This document shows positions 59,548 to 64,000 of a DNA stretch of 64,000 nt, piece after piece. The notes under the pieces are model-generated. The model was not told the DNA's origin. It searched no databases and saw only the letters and a list, made by a program, of their open reading frames with translations. The stretch is taken from assembly GCA_009918005.1 (NCBI GenBank), contig RGDC01000001.1, forward strand, positions 21,899 through 85,898, given 5' to 3'. Source of the DNA: Actinomycetota bacterium (GTDB taxonomy: Bacteria > Actinomycetota > Actinomycetes > S36-B12 > UBA5976). A program made the translations under genes and the position numbers. Positions within the stretch are counted from its first letter, which is position 1. Each line of letters opens with the position of its first letter.

Positions 59548-59751
59548 TCACTGCGCAATGGCGGCTGAAGGATCAGGCTTTGAATCTCCCCTGATTAATC
59601 TCAGAGGTGCCACTAATCCTGCGTTAGCTAGGACATCTAGAACATCCTTGTGCGATTCGAGTGAATCTGGCATCGGACCAAGTAGTGCAGTAACAACGCA
59701 ATCTGAACAAGCGATATCTCGCATTACGCAACTAGAGCAATCAATCAACAT
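59548..59751 (-). CDS. Small (67 aa) hypothetical protein with an N-terminal CxxC-x5-CxxC cluster
   Basis: ATG at 59751 preceded by AAGGAG with a 6-nt spacer. N-terminus 'MLIDCSSCVMRDIACSDCVV'. Lies 35 nt upstream of the GT4 gene on the same strand. Confidence 0.55.
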   Translation of the reverse strand: MLIDCSSCVMRDIACSDCVVTALLGPMPDSLESHKDVLDVLANAGLVAPLRLIRGDSKPDPSAAIAQ

Positions 59752-59878
59752 ACGTAACTCCTTTTGACTCTTTCAGTGCCTTACTAAGTAAGACAATATG
59801 AGACCCGACTGACAGTTTTGTGACTGAAATTGAATCGCTCTCGCATGAAATTCAACAAAAGCTGATCCAGCCTCCGAA

Positions 59879-61630
59879 TTGTCGGTGTTTGCAAGTAAAG
59901 TGCCCATTATGAGTCAGGTTCCGAATGTGCTACCAATCGCGGAACCGGCTATTTCGGCTCTCACCATTGCAGATATTGGGCAGCCTTTGTCGCAAACCAC
60001 TTTTGTAGTTGTTGATCTAGAAACTGCAGGTGGCAAACCGGTGGATGCTGGAATTACTGAAATTGGCGCCGTCAAAGTGCGTGGTGGTGAGGTTGTCGGT
60101 GAGTTTCGAACGTTCTGTGCTCCGGGGGTTCCTATCCCGGCATTCATTTCCGTGTTGACTGGAATAACGGACCATCATGTGGCTGACGCGCCAAGTGTTG
60201 CGACTGCAGTTCGCGAATTCTTGGCGTTTGCAGGTTTCGATTCCGGTGACAATCCAGTTTTGGTTGCGCATAACTCACCGTTTGATGTGGGATTTTTGAA
60301 AGCCGCCTGCATCAAGTTTGATATCAATTGGCCAAAGCCTCCAGTACTAGACACTGTGGTCTTAGCTCGAAAAATTCTTCGTAAAGATGAAGTAAGGAAT
60401 CGTAAACTTGCAACTTTAGCGAATTACTTTCGTGCCCCAGTAAGTCCTACTCACCGCGCACTAGACGATGCTCGGGCGACCGTATCGGTCCTACATGGCT
60501 TAATCGAACGTGTTGGAAATTTAGGCGTCCACGATCTGGAAGGACTCCAGACTTTCAATGGTCCAGCTACTGAAAAACGAAGGCGCAAGCGTTACTTAGC
60601 TGATGGTCTACCAGAGCTACCAGGCGTTTACATCTTTTACGATGGGAACAATCGTCCACTGTATGTCGGAACTTCAACAAGTATTCGAAAACGTGTCATG
60701 TCATATTTTACTGCAGCAGAAACCAGGCCTCGGATGACTTCGATGGTGGAACTTGCGCAACGAGTTGACGCCCATGTCTGTGCAACGTCACTTGAGGCAG
60801 CAATTAGAGAATTGCGAATGATTAATGAGTTGCGTCCGACGTACAACTTCCGATCTAGGAATCCAGAAAAAACAACTTGGGTCACAATGACCGATGAAAG
60901 ATTTCCAAGACTTTCACTTTCCCGGCAATCAACGCTTCCAGACTCCCAGCGAGTTGCAATTGGTCCATTTACAAATGGCAGCAGCGCCGAATTAGCTATG
61001 CACGCAATTTACCAAGTCACAGATCTGCGCCAATGCAAAGAACGCATCACAAGTAAAACTTCGATTTCGCCCTGCGTACTTTATGAAATGAAACGATGTA
61101 TCGCACCTTGTTTGACTGGTGGTGAAACCGTTGGCTATGAGAACATAGTTTCTGATGTCAATTACATCCTTAAGGGAGATTCCTCATCAGCCTCAAGCAA
61201 ACTAATGGGAAGAATCCAAGATTTGGTAAGCGATGAAAAGTTTGAAGATGCAGCTGTAATTCGGGATCGAATGCACGCCCTCGAAGACGGAGTACATCGA
61301 TCCAGCAGGCTACGACAGATCACGTCTATCCCGTTGGTAATCGCAGCCGAACTAAATGCCTTGGGTGGTTGGGACATTCATGCGATTTCGCACGGCCGAT
61401 TTGCCGCCGGAATTGTGGCTCCACCAGGTGAGGACCCTAAGCCCTTCGTCTTGAAGCTAAAGAGCATGATCCCAAGCGATATTGGCTTACCTACATTGGT
61501 TTCTGAAATTGAATTAGTTCTTAAGTGGCTGGGAAATGGTGTCACTCGCCTGGTTGAGATAAGTGATGGGCACACTTGGCTGCATCCCATTCATGCGAAG
61601 GTTCGAGCAAATGAATTAATTAGCAGCTAA
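59879..61630 (+). CDS. DEDDh 3'-5' exonuclease (DnaQ-like) fused to a GIY-YIG nuclease domain (Rv2191-like)
   Basis: Exo I 'FVVVDLETAGG', Exo II 'LVAHNSPFDVGFL', Exo III 'HRALDDARAT', then GIY-YIG 'PGVYIFYDGNNRPLYVGTSTSIRKRV'. The start is TTG 59879 or ATG 59909. Confidence 0.8.
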   Translation: MSVFASKVPIMSQVPNVLPIAEPAISALTIADIGQPLSQTTFVVVDLETAGGKPVDAGITEIGAVKVRGGEVVGEFRTFCAPGVPIPAFISVLTGITDHHVADAPSVATAVREFLAFAGFDSGDNPVLVAHNSPFDVGFLKAACIKFDINWPKPPVLDTVVLARKILRKDEVRNRKLATLANYFRAPVSPTHRALDDARATVSVLHGLIERVGNLGVHDLEGLQTFNGPATEKRRRKRYLADGLPELPGVYIFYDGNNRPLYVGTSTSIRKRVMSYFTAAETRPRMTSMVELAQRVDAHVCATSLEAAIRELRMINELRPTYNFRSRNPEKTTWVTMTDERFPRLSLSRQSTLPDSQRVAIGPFTNGSSAELAMHAIYQVTDLRQCKERITSKTSISPCVLYEMKRCIAPCLTGGETVGYENIVSDVNYILKGDSSSASSKLMGRIQDLVSDEKFEDAAVIRDRMHALEDGVHRSSRLRQITSIPLVIAAELNALGGWDIHAISHGRFAAGIVAPPGEDPKPFVLKLKSMIPSDIGLPTLVSEIELVLKWLGNGVTRLVEISDGHTWLHPIHAKVRANELISS

Positions 61631-62704
61631 AGCGAACCGCTGACTGATCGAAACCCAAACATCTAGCAGCGATTTTGCGGCGCCAGTATCAAGCGAGCCA
61701 TACGCAACTGGAAGGGCTCGCGCAATGCGCGCAACTGTTGAATCTGTGGTTTCGCCGAAACGCTTGGCTCCTTTTGCCGCATCATAGGCAACCATTGTCG
61801 CTGCCGCGTTCAAGGCAACTACATCTCGAATAGCAGAGAAATTCCCATCAGATCTACCCGCAATAATTTCTCTTACAACTTGCGCATTGAACTGCGCATC
61901 CCCACCTCTTAGTTGATCCAGCGTTGCAGGCGTTAAACCCAAATCACTTGGTGTCAAGATCGACTCTCTTAAGGTGCCGGAGGTAACATCCCAAATTTGT
62001 GTTGGAGCCGATGTAGACAACTCATCTAAGCCATCTGTGCTTCTTACAACGATTGATTTGAATCCGCGATCTAACTGAACTTGGGCTAAAACTGGCGCTA
62101 AGCGAATATCTGCGCAACCGAGCAGTGCAGCTTCAGGTTGACCAGGATTAGATAGCGGTCCCAATACGTTAAAGACCGTTGGAACTCCCAATTCTTTTCG
62201 GACATTAGCAGCGAACTTCATGGCTGGATGATGCGATGGCGCGAAGCAAAATGCGATCCCGGCTTCCGCCACACAGGATGAAAGCAAGCTGGTCGGCATA
62301 TTGATTGCAACTCCGAGCGCCTCGAGCACATCTGCAGTGCCAGCCTTGGAAGAAATAGCTCGATTGCCATGCTTTAGCACTGGGATCCCCGCCCCGGCAA
62401 CAGTTAGCGCAGCCATGGTCGAGATATTTACAGTGTGAGCACCGTCGCCACCCGTTCCAACAACGTCAACTGCAACACGATCTAAGTTAACTTCGATTGC
62501 GTTGGTCAGCATCGCTTTAACCATGCCACTGACTTCCTTTGGAGTTTCACCTTTTACTCGAAGGCCAATTACCAATCCAGCCAATTGTGCGTCAGAAGCC
62601 GTACCCGACATCATTTCGTTCATAGCCCAAAATGACTGATCAAAAGTTAAGTCGCTGCCAGAAACTAAAGTTCCGAGGACTTCTTTCCAGCTTTCAGCGG
62701 TCAT
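61616..62704 (-). CDS. trpD: Anthranilate phosphoribosyltransferase
   Basis: 'VDVVGTGGDGAHTVNISTMAA' and 'VLKHGNRAISSKAGTADVLEALG'. Confidence 0.95.
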   Translation of the reverse strand: MTAESWKEVLGTLVSGSDLTFDQSFWAMNEMMSGTASDAQLAGLVIGLRVKGETPKEVSGMVKAMLTNAIEVNLDRVAVDVVGTGGDGAHTVNISTMAALTVAGAGIPVLKHGNRAISSKAGTADVLEALGVAINMPTSLLSSCVAEAGIAFCFAPSHHPAMKFAANVRKELGVPTVFNVLGPLSNPGQPEAALLGCADIRLAPVLAQVQLDRGFKSIVVRSTDGLDELSTSAPTQIWDVTSGTLRESILTPSDLGLTPATLDQLRGGDAQFNAQVVREIIAGRSDGNFSAIRDVVALNAAATMVAYDAAKGAKRFGETTDSTVARIARALPVAYGSLDTGAAKSLLDVWVSISQRFALAAN

Positions 62705-62720
62705 ATTGCGTGTTACTTCC

Positions 62721-63131
62721 CTATTGGGAAATTGAATTTCGAGTCTTGAGTAAATCTAGACAGGCAGTAACTACAGCCCGTGGGTCGATTGGATGACCAA
62801 CGACTGCGTCGGCACGCGACCAGGTAGCCAACCATCGATCATCTACTCGGCCAACCAAGACCAGAATCGGAGGGCAGTTGAAAATTTCATCTTTAAGTTG
62901 GCGACACAGTCCCATGCCACCGGAGGGCGTGGCTTCACCATCCAGAATCAGTAGATCAAATGGCTTGGAATCAACAGCTGCAATAACAGCTGGCTGAGTT
63001 GCGCACTCGAGAATCTCAATCTCACCAAAATCCAAGGATGGGCGTCGCCCAAGACTCACTTTGATGCTGGAGCGAACGGAAGAATCATCGCTATAGACAA
63101 GCACTTTGAGAGTAGGGACACTGTTAGGCAC
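62721..63131 (-). CDS. Stand-alone receiver-like (CheY-fold) protein lacking two conserved signalling residues
   Basis: 'KVLVYSDDSS' acidic pair and the 'DLLILDGEA' phospho-acceptor Asp are present. The beta4 Thr/Ser position reads 'LVLVGR' and the beta5 Lys-Pro reads 'GHPIDP'. No output domain. Confidence 0.55.
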   Translation of the reverse strand: MPNSVPTLKVLVYSDDSSVRSSIKVSLGRRPSLDFGEIEILECATQPAVIAAVDSKPFDLLILDGEATPSGGMGLCRQLKDEIFNCPPILVLVGRVDDRWLATWSRADAVVGHPIDPRAVVTACLDLLKTRNSISQ

Positions 63132-63283
63132 TCCAAAAGAGTATCTGACCTGAACGCCAGATTGGAACTTGGGTTTAGACGCCGGTTTCGTCAGGTTGTG
63201 GGCGCTAAATGCAATAGGTCACATCAGCCCTATTTTGGGTAGCCTGAAGGGATTTTCCCCTAGATCATGGGTAAACTTTAGGG

Positions 63284-63880
63284 GTGAGTACAGCTTCAGC
63301 CATCAGAGTCCCAAGCCAAGCCGAACGACCAAATATGGTGTCTATTGGCACCATAGTTTGGCTATCGAGTGAATTGATGTTCTTCGCGGCACTCTTTGCG
63401 ATGTATTTCACTCTGCGCTCAGTAAACCCAGAACTTTGGGCTGAAGAAGTTAAGTTACTCAACATTCCGTTCTCCTCGGTCAACACCACGGTTTTAGTGC
63501 TTTCCTCAGTCACCTGTCAGTTAGGCGTATTCGCTGCAGAACGCGGTGACGTAAAGGGTCTGAGAAAGTGGTTCTTAATCACGTTTCTTATGGGGTTCTA
63601 CTTCGTTGCGGGTCAGGTTTACGAATACTCGGTTTTGGTCCACGAAGGCTTAACGCTTTCCTCAAGCGCTTATGGTTCTGCGTTTTACTTGACGACGGGC
63701 TTCCACGGACTACACGTGACGGGTGGCTTAATTGCTTTCTTATTCGTCCTAGCTCGTACTTATGCAACTAAGCAGTACTCCCACAAACAAGCAACAACCG
63801 CCATTGTCGTTTCTTACTACTGGCATTTTGTCGACGTAGTTTGGATTGCGCTATTTGCGACAATTTATTTAATCAAGTAG
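63284..63880 (+). CDS. ctaE: Cytochrome c oxidase subunit III
   Basis: '[17 protein letters not shown]', '[11 protein letters not shown]', '[11 protein letters not shown]'. GTG start. Confidence 0.9.
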   Translation: MSTASAIRVPSQAERPNMVSIGTIVWLSSELMFFAALFAMYFTLRSVNPELWAEEVKLLNIPFSSVNTTVLVLSSVTCQLGVFAAERGDVKGLRKWFLITFLMGFYFVAGQVYEYSVLVHEGLTLSSSAYGSAFYLTTGFHGLHVTGGLIAFLFVLARTYATKQYSHKQATTAIVVSYYWHFVDVVWIALFATIYLIK

Positions 63881-63920
63881 TCAAACAAAAAAGTAATTAG
63901 TGAAGTAGATAAGGAATTCT

Positions 63921-64000
63921 GTGGCTCTCAGTAAAAGACACCCGGCAGCTTTGTTTGCAGTTCTAGCCGTGGCGCTTGGTACCACAGGTGCGGCTTACGC
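63921..64000 (+). CDS. qcrC: Probable cytochrome bc1 complex cytochrome c subunit (QcrC), N-terminal fragment
   Basis: GTG at 63921 preceded by AAGGAA. It encodes the signal-like 'VALSKRHPAALFAVLAVALGTTGAAY'. The assignment rests on the conserved ctaE-qcrC order only. Confidence 0.4.
   Translation, partial: MALSKRHPAALFAVLAVALGTTGAAY

Noticed and set aside
1-64000. Search for tRNA, rRNA, IS elements, integrons, toxin-antitoxin pairs or defence-system hallmarks
   Set aside because: No tRNA T-arm-like GGTTCGAATCC-type motifs, rRNA, transposase, Cas, restriction-enzyme or abortive-infection-like ORFs were recognised. All large ORFs are accounted for by core metabolism, envelope or carotenoid functions.

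Overview
This window looks like a compact actinobacterial chromosome segment. GC is roughly in the high 40s % by eye, not computed. Coding density is very high, with many 1-20 nt gene overlaps.

Layout:
- 1-38.9 kb: an almost unbroken minus-strand run of core genes. Their order mirrors known Mycobacterium/Streptomyces blocks: scpA-parA-xerD; clgR-like-cinA-pgsA-rimO-ftsK-rnj-dapA-thyX; dapB-pepR-pnp-rpsO-ribF-truB-nrnA-rbfA-infB-nusA-rimP; proS; GNAT-ispG-rip1-dxr. A few transporters are inserted, and the run ends with an aldehyde dehydrogenase/gabT pair and ybaK.
- 38.9-50.1 kb: the only clearly accessory stretch, a C40 carotenoid locus. It holds crtE, crtI, crtB and a split lycopene cyclase crtYc/Yd. 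It also holds a translationally coupled tailoring operon: a CrtA-like oxygenase, a CruF-like hydratase, a GT2 glycosyltransferase and a second CrtI-family enzyme. These are interleaved with envelope genes.
- 50-64 kb: follows the mycobacterial pknL-aroG-...-plsC-fadD15-pimB-Rv2191-trpD-ctaE-qcrC order.

I saw no rRNA, tRNA, CRISPR array, transposase or prophage signal.

I cannot point to a convincing wholly new multi-gene system. The two best leads are:
1. The carotenoid tailoring operon, which may make a glycosylated xanthophyll and possibly a rhodopsin antenna pigment.
2. A ylxR-sized non-coding nusA-infB spacer carrying four periodic hairpins whose G-U pairs exist only on the mRNA-sense strand.

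Start codons are often uncertain because the ORF track uses ATG/GTG/TTG. I refined them only where a Shine-Dalgarno motif or a homology argument was visible.
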